DNA of 32,000 nucleotides from Aliivibrio fischeri ES114 (lineage in GTDB: Bacteria > Pseudomonadota > Gammaproteobacteria > Enterobacterales > Vibrionaceae). This document shows positions 1 through 13,769 of the stretch, in pieces. Made by a program: the position numbers and the translations under genes. The stretch's first letter is position 1, and the number at the start of each line of letters is the position of its first letter. The notes under the pieces were generated by a model. The model saw nothing but the letters and a program-made list of their open reading frames with translations, was not told where the DNA came from and did not search any database. The stretch lies in assembly GCF_000011805.1 (NCBI RefSeq), contig NC_006840.2; one strand, given 5' to 3'.

Positions 1-91
1 TAAAAGTAATTTTGTGTAGTCACTCAGTTCATTGATTAGTTATTTGCTTTCGCAAATAGTGATTATCAATTCACAAGTGCCCACACAGATT
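1..91 (-). repeat. rRNA operon leader, copy belonging to a second (tandem) rrn operon whose 16S lies off the left edge
   Basis: 1..91 matches 5357..5447 with only 2 mismatches by eye (pos 17 and 28). In the complete operon this same segment lies directly upstream of the 16S 5' end. Confidence 0.85.
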
Positions 92-103
92 GATTTGGTT
101 AAA

Positions 104-115
104 TTGTTAAAGAGC
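104..115 (-). promoter_or_regulatory. boxA antitermination element in the leader of the downstream tandem rrn operon
   Basis: The minus strand reads gctctttaacaa, matching the E. coli rrn boxA core TGCTCTTTAACAA. It sits between the promoter and the conserved leader. Confidence 0.75.
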
Positions 116-163
116 TTGTCTTTCAACCACTTAGCGTTTCCGCTTCGTCGTTTCAGGCTGCGT

Positions 164-191
164 ATAATACGCTGTCTGATTTGAAAGTCAA
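164..191 (-). promoter_or_regulatory. sigma70 rrn promoter (P2-like) of the downstream tandem rrn operon
   Basis: The minus strand reads TTGACT (186..191), a 16-nt spacer, TATTAT (164..169), then the GC-rich discriminator acgcagcc. An A/T-rich UP-like tract lies upstream (192..240). It resembles E. coli rrnB P2 (TTGACT...TATTAT). Confidence 0.7.
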
Positions 192-271
192 GATAATATT
201 TTCAACTTTTTCAATTATTTTTGAATCGTTAAAAACGTTATGTTGACTTGGCTCACAGTGACAGTCTGGGA

Positions 272-303
272 GCGAAATAAAAGCCCGTTCAACTGAACGG
301 GCT
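272..303 (-). terminator. Rho-independent terminator of the complete rrn operon
   Basis: The minus strand reads agcccgttcagttgaacgggct (about 9-bp GC-rich stem) followed by tttatttcg, 14 nt after the 5S 3' end. Confidence 0.85.
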
Positions 304-316
304 CTCATTCAAATTC

Positions 317-436
317 AAGCCTGGCGATGTCCTACTCTCACATGGGGAAACCCCACACTACCATCGGCGCTATTACGTTTCACTTCTGAGTTCGGCATGG
401 GATCAGGTGGGTCCATAACGCTATGGTCGCCAAGCA
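317..436 (-). rRNA. rrf: 5S ribosomal RNA
   Basis: The 120-nt reverse complement aligns end to end with E. coli 5S: TGCTTGGCG...CCGAACTCAGAAGTGAAACG...GATGGTAGTGTGGGG...CGCCAGGCTT. Confidence 0.97.
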
Positions 437-526
437 AATTCTTTAATTCGGAAAGCTTAATTCTTAATGCACATTCAATTCGTTTCTTGCAACTTCAAAT
501 CCGTTCAAAACCCCTTGGGTGTTGTA

Positions 527-3416
<2,890 letters not shown>

Positions 3417-3619
3417 ATACAACCCCAAGAGGTTTCGTATGGCATAAACAACCAAGGTTGAACTCGTCATTGCGAGTTCTGGTTTTTCGCCGGATTCAAA
3501 ATACAAGAACACTTGAATGTGTTGTTCTTCGTTTTACAGAGTAAAACAAAGGATATTAAGAACTTTTAAATTTTGATTTAGATAACTCGTAAGTTATTTA
3601 AATCAGTCAGCTTTCCAAA

Positions 3620-3631
3620 TTGTTAAAGAGC
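3620..3631 (-). promoter_or_regulatory. boxA antitermination element in the 16S-23S spacer
   Basis: The minus strand reads gctctttaacaa inside the ITS, as in E. coli rrn spacers. Confidence 0.7.
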
Positions 3632-3740
3632 TTAAAGCAAAAGCTTTAATCAATAATAAAGATTATTAATTAAAACTCTTTATCTTTAATTTAAAACCTA
3701 ATTAATCTGTGTGAACACTCATAAATCGCAATCTATCGTT

Positions 3741-5293
<1,553 letters not shown>

Positions 5294-5356
5294 AAGTTTT
5301 TTTGGTTTGTTTCAGCAGAAACAAAACCGACTCAATGATTAATACTGATTGTTACA

Positions 5357-5447
5357 TAAAAGTAATTTTGTGCAGTCACTCAGCTCATTGATTAGTTATT
5401 TGCTTTCGCAAATAGTGATTATCAATTCACAAGTGCCCACACAGATT
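5357..5447 (-). repeat. rRNA operon leader (copy of 1..91) upstream of 16S
   Basis: Near-identical to 1..91. It contains an imperfect long inverted repeat (ttgattagttatttgc tttc gcaaatagtgattatcaa), consistent with a 16S processing-stem or leader structure. Confidence 0.85.
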
Positions 5448-5460
5448 AATAGGTTTCTAA

Positions 5461-5472
5461 TTTTTAAAGAGC
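5461..5472 (-). promoter_or_regulatory. boxA-like element in the rrn leader
   Basis: The minus strand reads gctctttaaaaa, one mismatch to the boxA copies at 104..115 and 3620..3631, in the equivalent leader position. Confidence 0.55.
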
Positions 5473-5521
5473 TTTTCTTCTACTTTCAAAGCGTTTCCGC
5501 TTTTCTGTGAAGAGGACGGTC

Positions 5522-5549
5522 ATTTTATCGATTTAAGTTTCAGTGTCAA
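5522..5549 (-). promoter_or_regulatory. rrn P2 promoter
   Basis: The minus strand reads TTGACA (5544..5549), a 16-nt spacer, TAAAAT (5522..5527), then the GC-rich discriminator gaccgtcc. Confidence 0.7.
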
Positions 5550-5638
5550 GCACTTATTTGAAACTAAATTTTTAACCGCCGTTCTGACCTTGGTTGCTAA
5601 CCCCTTATGGGATGGGCTCTCCGTGTCAGTGAGGTCGC

Positions 5639-5666
5639 ATTATAGAGAGTTAGATCACATTAGCAA
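5639..5666 (-). promoter_or_regulatory. rrn P1 promoter with upstream A/T-rich UP element
   Basis: The minus strand reads TTGCTA (5661..5666), a 16-nt spacer, TATAAT (5639..5644), then gcgacctcactgac. This is nearly the E. coli rrnB P1 core (aactccc TATAAT gcgccaccactgac). A long A/T tract lies at 5667..5700. P1 sits about 117 bp upstream of P2, as in E. coli. Confidence 0.8.
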
Positions 5667-5788
5667 GCCCTTTTTTCAAAAAAAATCGTTTTTTTGTTTT
5701 TATGGTTAAAGTCCATACAAATCGGTGCTAAATTATCTTTTATAACGCATATTATTAACACTAAATTATCATTTTTGAGGTTTATTCT

Positions 5789-6334
5789 ATGATTTCTTCA
5801 TTACGACGCTATAAATCAAACTTTCCTTCAATCGGCTCTAATACCTATATAGATACCTCTTCTGTATTAATTGGAGAAATTACTATTGGCCAAGACTCTA
5901 GTGTTTGGCCTTTGGTTGTTGCTCGAGGTGATGTAAATAGTATTTCTATTGGCGATAGAACAAATATTCAAGATGGTTCAGTTTTGCATGTTACCCATAA
6001 AAACCCTGAGAACCCAAAAGGTGCACCTTTAGTTATTGGCAATGATGTCACTATTGGTCACAAAGTTATGTTGCATGGTTGCGTAATTGAAGACCGAGTT
6101 CTTGTTGGAATGGGAAGCATTATTTTAGACAACGCTTATATTGAAGCTGATGTAATGATTGGTGCTGGTTCTCTTGTTCCACCAAACAAGCGTCTTGAAA
6201 GTGGCTACCTTTATATAGGTAGCCCTGTAAAACAAGTTCGCCCTCTATCTATAGAGGAAATTGCATCACTTAAAAAATCTGCATTAAATTACGTTAATTT
6301 TAAGAATGACTATATAGAAGAAGAAATTAATTAA
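5789..6334 (+). CDS. yrdA: gamma-carbonic-anhydrase-like hexapeptide-repeat protein (YrdA family)
   Basis: The 181-aa ORF has left-handed beta-helix hexapeptide repeats (IGxxxxIxDGSVLH...IGHKVMLHGC..VGMGSIIL). An RBS (tgagg) lies upstream. It is syntenic with aroE/yrdB as in E. coli. Confidence 0.85.
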   Translation: MISSLRRYKSNFPSIGSNTYIDTSSVLIGEITIGQDSSVWPLVVARGDVNSISIGDRTNIQDGSVLHVTHKNPENPKGAPLVIGNDVTIGHKVMLHGCVIEDRVLVGMGSIILDNAYIEADVMIGAGSLVPPNKRLESGYLYIGSPVKQVRPLSIEEIASLKKSALNYVNFKNDYIEEEIN

Positions 6335-6590
6335 TTTCAATCTCTCCTGAAGCATTGAATTCTTCATCTTCGATCAATGCTTCAGCTTTCTCTTCTATAT
6401 CAAAGCGTAACTGGTTAAAAACCTCATTCGCTTTATCATGATGGCAAATAGATTCACCACTTTCTTCTTCAAGCCATGAGAATGAAACTGAACAATTAAT
6501 TAAGCTTCCCATTTGTTGTGCTGAAAAACGCACACACTTCTTTTCTAGCTCTACGGTTAAATCGTCTGAAAAGAGAATCGACTGATTCAT
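6327..6590 (-). CDS. DUF1488 (YrdB-like) small acidic protein
   Basis: Occupies the position of yrdB between aroE and yrdA. I prefer the ATG at 6590 (MNQSILFSDD..., 87 aa) because the track start at 6620 overlaps the aroE 3' end. Confidence 0.65.
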   Translation of the reverse strand: MNQSILFSDDLTVELEKKCVRFSAQQMGSLINCSVSFSWLEEESGESICHHDKANEVFNQLRFDIEEKAEALIEDEEFNASGEIEIN

Positions 6591-6600
6591 TACATACCTT

Positions 6601-7410
6601 CTAAGTCTTTCGTAATTCACGCAAAATTTGTTTACTACCAGGACGTAGCCCTCTCCATACAGTAAAGCTTTCTGCAGCTTGACCGACTAGCATTCCTAAT
6701 CCATCATAAGCTTGGTAAGCATCATTTTTTAATGCCCATTGATTAAAGATGGTTTTACCAGAGCCATACATCATGTCATAGCTAATCGCACCACCTGAGA
6801 ATATGACAGGATCTATTTGAGGAAGCTCCCCAGATAAACTTGCTGATGTTGAATTGATAATGACATCAAACCCTTTATTAATATCACTCATCTTTTTTGC
6901 TTCTATCCTTCCATAAGGAGAAAACAGTTCCGCAAGTTGTTTTGCTTTTTCATAAGTTCGATTAACAAGAGTAATAGAAGCGGGATTTTGTTTTAACAAA
7001 GGAAGAATGACACCACGAGCTGCGCCACCAGCACCAATTAATAAAATGTGTTTATCTTCTAAAGGTACTTGGTACTGCAATAAGTCTTGAACTAACCCTT
7101 CGCCATCGGTGTTATCACCTAAAATAATGCCATCATCCAATTTTTTAAGTGTATTTACCGCTCCTGCGAGTTTTGCTCTTTCTGTTAATTGATCAGCAAA
7201 CTGAAACGCTTCCTCTTTAAAAGGGACCGTTACATTACAGCCTTTTCCTTGTTGAGAAAAAAACGCTGTTACTGACTCAACAAAACCGTTTATTGGTGCT
7301 TCAATTGCTGAATATTCTAAATCCTGCATTGTTTGACGAGCAAATAAGGTATGAATAAAAGGTGATTTGCTGTGTTTAATCGGATTACCAAAAACGGCAT
7401 ACTTGTCCAT
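6601..7410 (-). CDS. aroE: shikimate dehydrogenase
   Basis: 269 aa. The N-terminus [32 protein letters not shown] and the [12 protein letters not shown]-binding loop are all AroE hallmarks. Confidence 0.95.
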   Translation of the reverse strand: MDKYAVFGNPIKHSKSPFIHTLFARQTMQDLEYSAIEAPINGFVESVTAFFSQQGKGCNVTVPFKEEAFQFADQLTERAKLAGAVNTLKKLDDGIILGDNTDGEGLVQDLLQYQVPLEDKHILLIGAGGAARGVILPLLKQNPASITLVNRTYEKAKQLAELFSPYGRIEAKKMSDINKGFDVIINSTSASLSGELPQIDPVIFSGGAISYDMMYGSGKTIFNQWALKNDAYQAYDGLGMLVGQAAESFTVWRGLRPGSKQILRELRKT

Positions 7411-7482
7411 GTAAAAATATTCCCTGCAATGAAAGAACTAAAATGATGTGAGTAACCTTACCTTAAACCAATCATTGATGCA

Positions 7483-8040
7483 TTATCCCTGACGCAGCGT
7501 ATTACCTGTTTTCGCATCACGAATTTCAGTAGGCTGAGTCCGATTACCTACTTCACCTTGAAAAATAACTACCCCCGTATCCCCTAATTGAGCTTCAACT
7601 TCAGTGACACTTCGACAAGGTTCCAATCCTGAAAGGTTAGCACTCGTTGAAGTAATTGGTTTACCGAATGCGTTACAAATAGCTTTCACTTGAGGATGAG
7701 CTGTTACTCTGACAGCAATACTATCAAATTGCCCAGTAACTAAAGGTAATGTGCTTGTTTTCACTGGAACAATCCAAGTCACAGGACCAGGCCATGATGC
7801 TTTAATGGTATTTACTTGCTCTTCTGTTAATTGTTCTAAATCGATATAAGGTAATAATTGCTCTATAGATGCAGCAATCAAAATTAGTCCTTTTTCTTTT
7901 GGTCTCTTTTTTACATCCAATAAATTTAGTAACGCTTGTTCGTTATCAGGATCGCAACCAACACCAAAAACGCCTTCTGTTGGATAAGCGATAACATTCC
8001 CTTGCTTCAAGGCGTCTACGACTTGATTTAGATTCTTCAC
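7483..8040 (-). CDS. tsaC: L-threonylcarbamoyladenylate synthase type 1 (t6A37 synthesis)
   Basis: 185 aa of the YrdC/Sua5 fold (IAYPTEGVFGVGCDP...SANLSG). The start codon is GTG (plus-strand cac at 8038..8040). Confidence 0.9.
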   Translation of the reverse strand: MKNLNQVVDALKQGNVIAYPTEGVFGVGCDPDNEQALLNLLDVKKRPKEKGLILIAASIEQLLPYIDLEQLTEEQVNTIKASWPGPVTWIVPVKTSTLPLVTGQFDSIAVRVTAHPQVKAICNAFGKPITSTSANLSGLEPCRSVTEVEAQLGDTGVVIFQGEVGNRTQPTEIRDAKTGNTLRQG

Positions 8041-8153
8041 ATTAATACCACTCTCTTCTATATGTAGTATCTATTCTATTGATCTACTCAAATCACACAA
8101 CCGCTTTCCTTTTTTGAATTGTCATCATTCATTAATAAGTTTAGCTTTTCCTT

Positions 8154-8169
8154 ACGCAAACGTTTTCCT
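8154..8169. promoter_or_regulatory. PurR operator (PUR box) upstream of purEK
   Basis: acgcaaacgttttcct matches the 16-bp PUR box consensus ACGCAAACGTTTTCNT. It lies 17 bp upstream of a TATAAT (8186..8191) in the tsaC/purE divergent region. Confidence 0.8.
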
Positions 8170-8239
8170 TAATAAAAAATAACCGTATAATGCGGATAAC
8201 TTTTCTATATTGCCAATATCTTTATTTAAGGAGTTCACA

Positions 8240-8725
8240 ATGAAAGTCGGTATTATCATGGGTTCAAAATCAGACTGGCCAACAATGAAACTAGCCGCTG
8301 AGATGCTTGACCGCTTTAATGTGCCTTATGAGACAAAAGTGGTTTCTGCTCATAGAACACCTCAGTTACTTGCCGATTATGCAACTCAAGCAAAAGATCG
8401 TGGCATCAAAGTAATTATCGCAGGTGCGGGTGGTGCAGCACACCTTCCTGGAATGGCAGCAGCATTCACAAGTGTTCCTGTTTTAGGTGTTCCAGTACAA
8501 TCTCGTGCACTTAAAGGTATGGATTCATTACTTTCAATTGTACAGATGCCAAAAGGTATTGCTGTTGGTACTCTTGCGATAGGTGAAGCGGGAGCGGCTA
8601 ATGCAGGTATCCTTGCAGCTCAAATCATTGGAACATCAAACGAAGAAGTAATGGCTGCGGTTGAAGCTTTCCGTAAAGAACAAACTGAAATGGTGTTAGA
8701 GAACCCAGATCCATCAGAGGATTAA
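8240..8725 (+). CDS. purE: N5-carboxyaminoimidazole ribonucleotide mutase
   Basis: [16 protein letters not shown]...SAHRTP...[10 protein letters not shown] is the classic PurE class I sequence. The ATG at 8240 follows the RBS aaggag. The track TTG start at 8210 is rejected. Confidence 0.95.
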
Positions 8726-8727
8726 TC

Positions 8728-9840
8728 ATGAATGTTCTTATTTTAGGTTCAGGTCAATTAGCACGAATGATGTCTTTAGCTAGTGCTCCATTAAATATTG
8801 ATGTGATCGCTTATGATGTTAATAGCCAACAAATTGTACATCCATTAACTCAACAACCGATTGATTTATCATTAGAACAAGCCATTAAACAAGTCGATGT
8901 TATTACGGCTGAGTTTGAACATATTCCTCATCATATTCTAGATATTTGTAGTGTAAGTGGAAAATTTCAACCAACACCTGATGCAATAAAAGCAGGTGGT
9001 GATCGCCGTCTTGAAAAAAAGTTATTAGATAACGCGCATGTTGCAAATGCCAAATACCATAATATCAATACTAAACAGGACTTTTTGAATGCCATCGATA
9101 CCGTTGGGATCCCTATGGTATTGAAGAGTGCGTTAGGCGGTTATGATGGAAAAGGTCAATGGCGCTTAAAAGACGTATCACAAGTTGATTCTATTTGGGA
9201 AGAAATGGATGAGTTAATTAAAAGCTCTCCAAATCAAGCAATAGTTGCAGAACAATTTATTCCATTTAACCGTGAAGTTTCACTCATTGGAGCTCGTAAT
9301 AAAAACGGTCAAATGGTGACTTACCCACTGACTGAAAATGTTCATGTCGATGGTGTTCTTGCTTTATCAACCGCTTTAGAAGGGACAAGTAATTTACAAC
9401 AACAAGCCGATGAAATGTTTACAGCTATCGCTGATGAACTGAATTATATCGGAGTGCTTGCTATTGAGTTTTTCGATGTAGACGGAACGTTACTTGTAAA
9501 TGAAATTGCCCCTCGTGTGCATAATTCAGGGCACTGGACTCAACAAGGGACCGATATTTGCCAATTTGAAATGCACATTCGAGCGGTATGCAACTTACCA
9601 TTAACGGGTAATCAATTACTTCGCTCAACTGCGATGATTAATATTTTAGGTGAAGATAGCTTACCAGATGAAATATTAACAATGCCGAATTGCCATATTC
9701 ATTGGTATGGAAAAGAGAAGCGAGCGGGTAGAAAAATGGGACATATTAACGTGTGTGCCGACTCCCCTGAAATGCTACAAAAAGAGCTTTCTAAACTTGC
9801 AAATATTTTAGATAAACAAGCCTTTAAAGCTCTTTCTTAA
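8728..9840 (+). CDS. purK: N5-carboxyaminoimidazole ribonucleotide synthase
   Basis: A 370-aa ATP-grasp protein directly downstream of purE with a 2-nt gap. It carries GGYDGKGQ and a [12 protein letters not shown] motif. Confidence 0.93.
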
Positions 9841-9852
9841 ATCTCAAGGTAT

Positions 9853-9883
9853 GAGTAACTTAATACTTGTGATTAAGTTACTC
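9853..9883. terminator. 12-bp perfect hairpin between convergent purK and yrdD (putative bidirectional terminator/stabiliser, no U-tract)
   Basis: gagtaacttaat (9853..9864), a 7-nt loop, then attaagttactc (9872..9883). The second arm overlaps the yrdD stop codon. There is no T or A run on either side. Confidence 0.45.
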
Positions 9884-10447
9884 TGATTGGCTCTGAACTT
9901 CTGCACATTTTTTATCTGCACAGATTAAACGAGTTCCTGCCGCTGTTTCTTTTTTTAAAAGCAACTCAAAACCACATTTTTGACAACACCCTTGCTGTGG
10001 CTCTAAATTAACCGCAAAACGACAAGCAGGGTAAGCATCACATGCGTAAAATGATTTACCAAAACGAGATTGTTTCTCTTGTAGATGTCCTTTATGACAA
10101 CTAGGGCAAACCGTTTCTGTCTGCGACGACTCTTTCTTTTGTTCTAAAGATTCAATATGAGTACATGATGGATATGCAGAACAACCGACAAACATTCCAT
10201 ATCGACCTTGTCTCAACACCAATTCACTTTCACATTGAGGGCATGGGATCCCTAACTCTTTCACTACATGACCATCATTACTTTTTAATGGACGAATATA
10301 GTCACATTCAGGGTAATTTTGACAGCCTAAAAATGGACCTCTTTTTCCATAACGGATACTTAGTTCACCGCTACATTGAGGGCATATTTCATGCTCTAAC
10401 GCATGCTCATGCGCTTGAAATAATTCTTTATCAATCTTTCCAGACAT
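9878..10447 (-). CDS. yrdD: topoisomerase-I-type zinc-ribbon DNA-binding protein (YrdD family)
   Basis: 189 aa with four tandem CxxC...CxxxxxC ribbons (CPQCSG..CQNYPEC; CPQCES..CSAYPSC; CPSCHK..CDAYPAC; CQKCGF..CADKKC). It is last in the LysM-dprA-smg operon, as in E. coli. Confidence 0.85.
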   Translation of the reverse strand: MSGKIDKELFQAHEHALEHEICPQCSGELSIRYGKRGPFLGCQNYPECDYIRPLKSNDGHVVKELGIPCPQCESELVLRQGRYGMFVGCSAYPSCTHIESLEQKKESSQTETVCPSCHKGHLQEKQSRFGKSFYACDAYPACRFAVNLEPQQGCCQKCGFELLLKKETAAGTRLICADKKCAEVQSQSE

Positions 10448-10457
10448 TCTCTCAGCC

Positions 10458-10931
10458 TTAGTGAGTCAAGCCTACATCAGAGGTATACAATAACTCTTCC
10501 ATCTGTGTATAAGCGCTTTCCTGTCCTGGAACATTAAACAATACCATTAGAACAACCCACTTTAGATCATCTAATGACAGTTCATCCGTTTCTAAAGCCA
10601 TTACTTGCTCAATCACCATTTCACGAGTTTCGCTAGTAAGTACTTTAATTTGTTCTAAGAAAAGTAAAAAACCACGACATACCGTATTTATCCCATCAAT
10701 TTCTTGTTGAGTATAAATTCGCATTGACGTTGACGTTCCTGTTGCAACACGAGCATGCTCGTCCGTATCTTGTAAACGAGCCAGATCTTCTAACCAATCT
10801 AACGCTTTATATACTGCTTCTTGGTGAAAGCCTGCTTTTAGCAATTCATCTTCTAATTTTTCTTGTTCTACATTCAGTTCAACATCACTATGGATATATG
10901 TTTCAAATAGATACATCAGAACATCCATCAT
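10458..10931 (-). CDS. smg: Smg protein (DUF494)
   Basis: 157 aa. [16 protein letters not shown]... is highly similar to E. coli Smg. It starts 2 nt after the dprA stop. Confidence 0.92.
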   Translation of the reverse strand: MMDVLMYLFETYIHSDVELNVEQEKLEDELLKAGFHQEAVYKALDWLEDLARLQDTDEHARVATGTSTSMRIYTQQEIDGINTVCRGFLLFLEQIKVLTSETREMVIEQVMALETDELSLDDLKWVVLMVLFNVPGQESAYTQMEELLYTSDVGLTH

Positions 10932-10933
10932 GG

Positions 10934-12043
10934 CTAGCCCCTCCGCTTTTTAATGTAACCCCCTGGGACTGCAGCGATGAAACCTTGCAACTCTAATTCA
11001 AGTAATTGCATCATGATTTCATGTACAGGCATCTGACACCGCTCTGCGATTATATCGACAGGCGTCGCCTCACCGCCTACGGTAGCGAACACTTCAGGAA
11101 ATGGCAATTGTTCTGTGATAACTTCTTGTTCGAAAAGTGATGGTTGATGAGATAGTGCACACTCAGTCAGAGCTCCTATTTCATTAAAAATATCATCAGG
11201 AGAAGATACTAATGTTGCTCCAGATTTAATTAAACCATTCGAACCTTGAGCTGTTGGGTTTTGAATAGAACCAGGTAAAGCAAATACCTCTCGTCCCTGT
11301 TCATTTGCATATCTTGCTGTAATTAAAGACCCAGAACGCTCTGCCGCTTCAACAACAAGAACCCCTGTTGATAAACCACTAATGATTCGATTGCGTCGTG
11401 GAAAGTTATCCGCTCTTGGTGGAGCATCAGGCCTAAACTCAGAAACTAAAGCGCCATTTTCACTCACTCTCTGAGCTAAGGCGCGATGCTTGGCTGGGTA
11501 TATCTTTTCTAGACCAGAACCAAGAACAGCAATGGTTTTCCCTTTTGCTTCTATTGCACCATGATGTGCATATCCATCGACACCAAGAGCAAGACCGCTG
11601 GTTACAACATAATTATGCTGAACAATAGAACGAGCAAACTCTTTAGCACAATCCAATCCTTCCAGACTGGCATTTCGGCTCCCGACAATCGCTACTTGTG
11701 GCTCAGATAAACAGAGAGCATCCCCTTTAACAAACAACACTGGAGGTGGAGCGCTAATCTCTGACAACAATTTGGGGTATCTAGGATCAGTTAATGGCAA
11801 TATCGTATGTTCAGAACTCTTTTCTTGCCAAGTCAAACAGGTTTCAACCTGCTTATTTGTCGTCTGCTTTAGATAGGATATTTGAGATGAAGAGAGACCT
11901 AAAGCCTGTAATTGATCATCATTGTATTGCAGAATATTTTCAGCTGAATCGACACTGAGTAAACGGGACATGACTTTCCCGCCTACTCTAGGACAAAAAC
12001 ATAAGGTTAGCCAAGCCGACAAATGTTCTTCGGAAATGGACAT
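10934..12043 (-). CDS. dprA: DNA-processing protein A (natural transformation, RecA loader)
   Basis: 369 aa with a Rossmann-like core ([10 protein letters not shown]...[17 protein letters not shown]...[24 protein letters not shown]) and the C-terminal winged-helix domain typical of DprA/Smf. Confidence 0.93.
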   Translation of the reverse strand: MSISEEHLSAWLTLCFCPRVGGKVMSRLLSVDSAENILQYNDDQLQALGLSSSQISYLKQTTNKQVETCLTWQEKSSEHTILPLTDPRYPKLLSEISAPPPVLFVKGDALCLSEPQVAIVGSRNASLEGLDCAKEFARSIVQHNYVVTSGLALGVDGYAHHGAIEAKGKTIAVLGSGLEKIYPAKHRALAQRVSENGALVSEFRPDAPPRADNFPRRNRIISGLSTGVLVVEAAERSGSLITARYANEQGREVFALPGSIQNPTAQGSNGLIKSGATLVSSPDDIFNEIGALTECALSHQPSLFEQEVITEQLPFPEVFATVGGEATPVDIIAERCQMPVHEIMMQLLELELQGFIAAVPGGYIKKRRG

Positions 12044-12051
12044 AACGTTAT

Positions 12052-13122
12052 TTATTCCTCATCAGGAGAAACCGCTATAACACCTTTGTGTATTGGCATT
12101 TCACTTTTTGTAATGAGTGCTAAGCTAAATTTTTCATAAGGCCTAATAACAATTAATTCACCAATTTCCGTTTGAGGTAATTGAATGCCTTCTTTCTTGG
12201 TGTCTTTATCGACTTCATAGTAGTACTCGCCTTTATTGCCATTAACAATGTTTCCTTCTTCTTTCAAAGAAAACATACTTCCTTGCAATAAGCCGTCATT
12301 ACTGCCTTTATCTATCACTGCAACTTGATTAACCGCTAAGTATTCACCACCATCAATAGAACCAAGTATGGATACATCAATATCTTTTGGTGCAGGTTGA
12401 GGGTAAAACGTTGTGGTTAATTCTGTTTTTATTTCATCTGAAGAAATAGGTAAAACCACATCATTAATCGCAATTTCTTGTTGCTGTTTAATGATTTTTA
12501 ATCCACTCATATCTTCATTACTTTCGGCTAACTCAGCGACACCAACAAGACGAAGGGCATAAGATGAGGCTTTGTCATCCTGACGAGAAAATTCATTAAC
12601 GACTCGGTATATACCCCATTCTTTATGCGATAGCTCAGCATCAACGTACACTCTTTCACTCGAACTTAAAAATTTACGACCATCACTGGTTCCAAGTACT
12701 CGGTAAGACGTTTGGTAATTCACATCATCAATTAAACGATCAGACTGTAAATAAGGTACTACTAAGCTAGTGGGTAAGGTAGGAACTGGCTCTTTTACCA
12801 CCTTACGCATTTTAGGCGACAATTTTTTAAGTGGTTTAACACTTAATACAGGATTGCCATTGTGCCAACTTAACGTTAATTCATCTCCAGGATAAATTAA
12901 GTGAGGATTATTTATATCTGGGTTAATTTTCCATAATTTTGGCCAAAACCAAGGGCTATCTAAAAATAACGCCGAAATATCCCAGAGAGTATCCCCTTTT
13001 TTAACGGTGTATTGTTCCGGATAATCTTGTTTTAAAACCAATTTATCATCACTTGATATCGATGGTGATGAGAATAAAATTGCGCTAATTAATGATGAAA
13101 AAATGAGTGTTTTTTTTAACAT
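12052..13122 (-). CDS. secreted LysM peptidoglycan-binding domain protein
   Basis: 356 aa with an N-terminal signal peptide (MLKKTLIFSSLISAILFSSPSISS) and a LysM motif (YTVKKGDTLWDISALF...IYPGDELTL). The RBS aagga lies 9 nt upstream. Its position opposite def is conserved in Vibrio and Pseudomonas. Confidence 0.85.
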   Translation of the reverse strand: MLKKTLIFSSLISAILFSSPSISSDDKLVLKQDYPEQYTVKKGDTLWDISALFLDSPWFWPKLWKINPDINNPHLIYPGDELTLSWHNGNPVLSVKPLKKLSPKMRKVVKEPVPTLPTSLVVPYLQSDRLIDDVNYQTSYRVLGTSDGRKFLSSSERVYVDAELSHKEWGIYRVVNEFSRQDDKASSYALRLVGVAELAESNEDMSGLKIIKQQQEIAINDVVLPISSDEIKTELTTTFYPQPAPKDIDVSILGSIDGGEYLAVNQVAVIDKGSNDGLLQGSMFSLKEEGNIVNGNKGEYYYEVDKDTKKEGIQLPQTEIGELIVIRPYEKFSLALITKSEMPIHKGVIAVSPDEE

Positions 13123-13239
13123 GGTCCGCTTTCCTTGTCAGACATACCAACCGATGCTGTCATTTGCTCAATAAAATGTCTAGAATTGGAACTATTAGGT
13201 TTATGCCGTTTTCGGCGCAGTTCAACATTTTGAGTATTT

Positions 13240-13752
13240 ATGGCTTTATTAGAAGTATTAACGTTCCCGGATGACCGTCTACGTACCGTAGCAAAACCGG
13301 TAGAAGCAGTAACACCTGAAATCCAAAAATTTGTCGATGACATGATTGAAACCATGTACGACGAAGAAGGTATTGGCCTTGCTGCTACACAAGTCGATTT
13401 TCACCAACGTATCGTTGTGATTGATGTTTCTGAAACTCGTGACGAACCAATGGTTTTAATCAATCCTGTTATCACACAAAAAAGTGGTGATGATGGTATT
13501 GAAGAAGGCTGTTTGTCTGTTCCTGGAGCAAAAGGACTTGTTCCTCGCTCAGCAGAGGTATCAGTTAGCGCTCTTGATCGCGATGGTAATGAATTTAGCT
13601 TTGATGCTGATGATTTATTAGCTATCTGTGTTCAGCACGAACTGGATCACCTTGATGGCAAGTTATTCGTTGATTACTTATCGCCTCTAAAGCGTAAGCG
13701 TATCAAAGAAAAACTAGAGAAAATCAAAAAATTCAACGCTAAAAATCAGTAA
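13240..13752 (+). CDS. def: peptide deformylase
   Basis: 170 aa with the three PDF motifs [16 protein letters not shown] and QHELDHL. Confidence 0.97.
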   Translation: MALLEVLTFPDDRLRTVAKPVEAVTPEIQKFVDDMIETMYDEEGIGLAATQVDFHQRIVVIDVSETRDEPMVLINPVITQKSGDDGIEEGCLSVPGAKGLVPRSAEVSVSALDRDGNEFSFDADDLLAICVQHELDHLDGKLFVDYLSPLKRKRIKEKLEKIKKFNAKNQ

Positions 13753-13769
13753 TTGATACCGAGGTTAAT

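Noticed and set aside
3417-3740. tRNA genes in the 16S-23S spacer or after 5S
   Set aside because: No cloverleaf-compatible sequence or conserved T-loop motif is visible on either strand. I report this as absence rather than as a feature.
8210-8239. N-terminal extensions of track ORFs (purE at 8210, rsmB at 14747, srkA at 23046, dsbA at 24061, ilvG at 27566, ilvM at 29218, DUF1488 at 6620)
   Set aside because: Homologue N-termini and RBS positions support the internal ATGs. Several extensions read through terminator or attenuator hairpins or overlap the preceding gene.
10165-10461. 98-aa plus-strand ORF antisense to yrdD
   Set aside because: It is fully embedded antisense in a gene with clear repeated Zn-ribbon motifs, has no RBS, and has low-complexity His-rich translation typical of an antisense frame. 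Similar antisense or shadow ORFs are rejected for the same reason: 10724-10996, 13116-13355, 14319-14570, 14491-14673, 15408-15656, 15714-15905, 16590-16790, 17805-18050, 18384-18584, 19733-20041, 21656-21862, 22154-22538, 23326-23526, 23665-23901, 25840-26115, 28000-28221, 28888-29175, 30096-30371 and 31535-31888.
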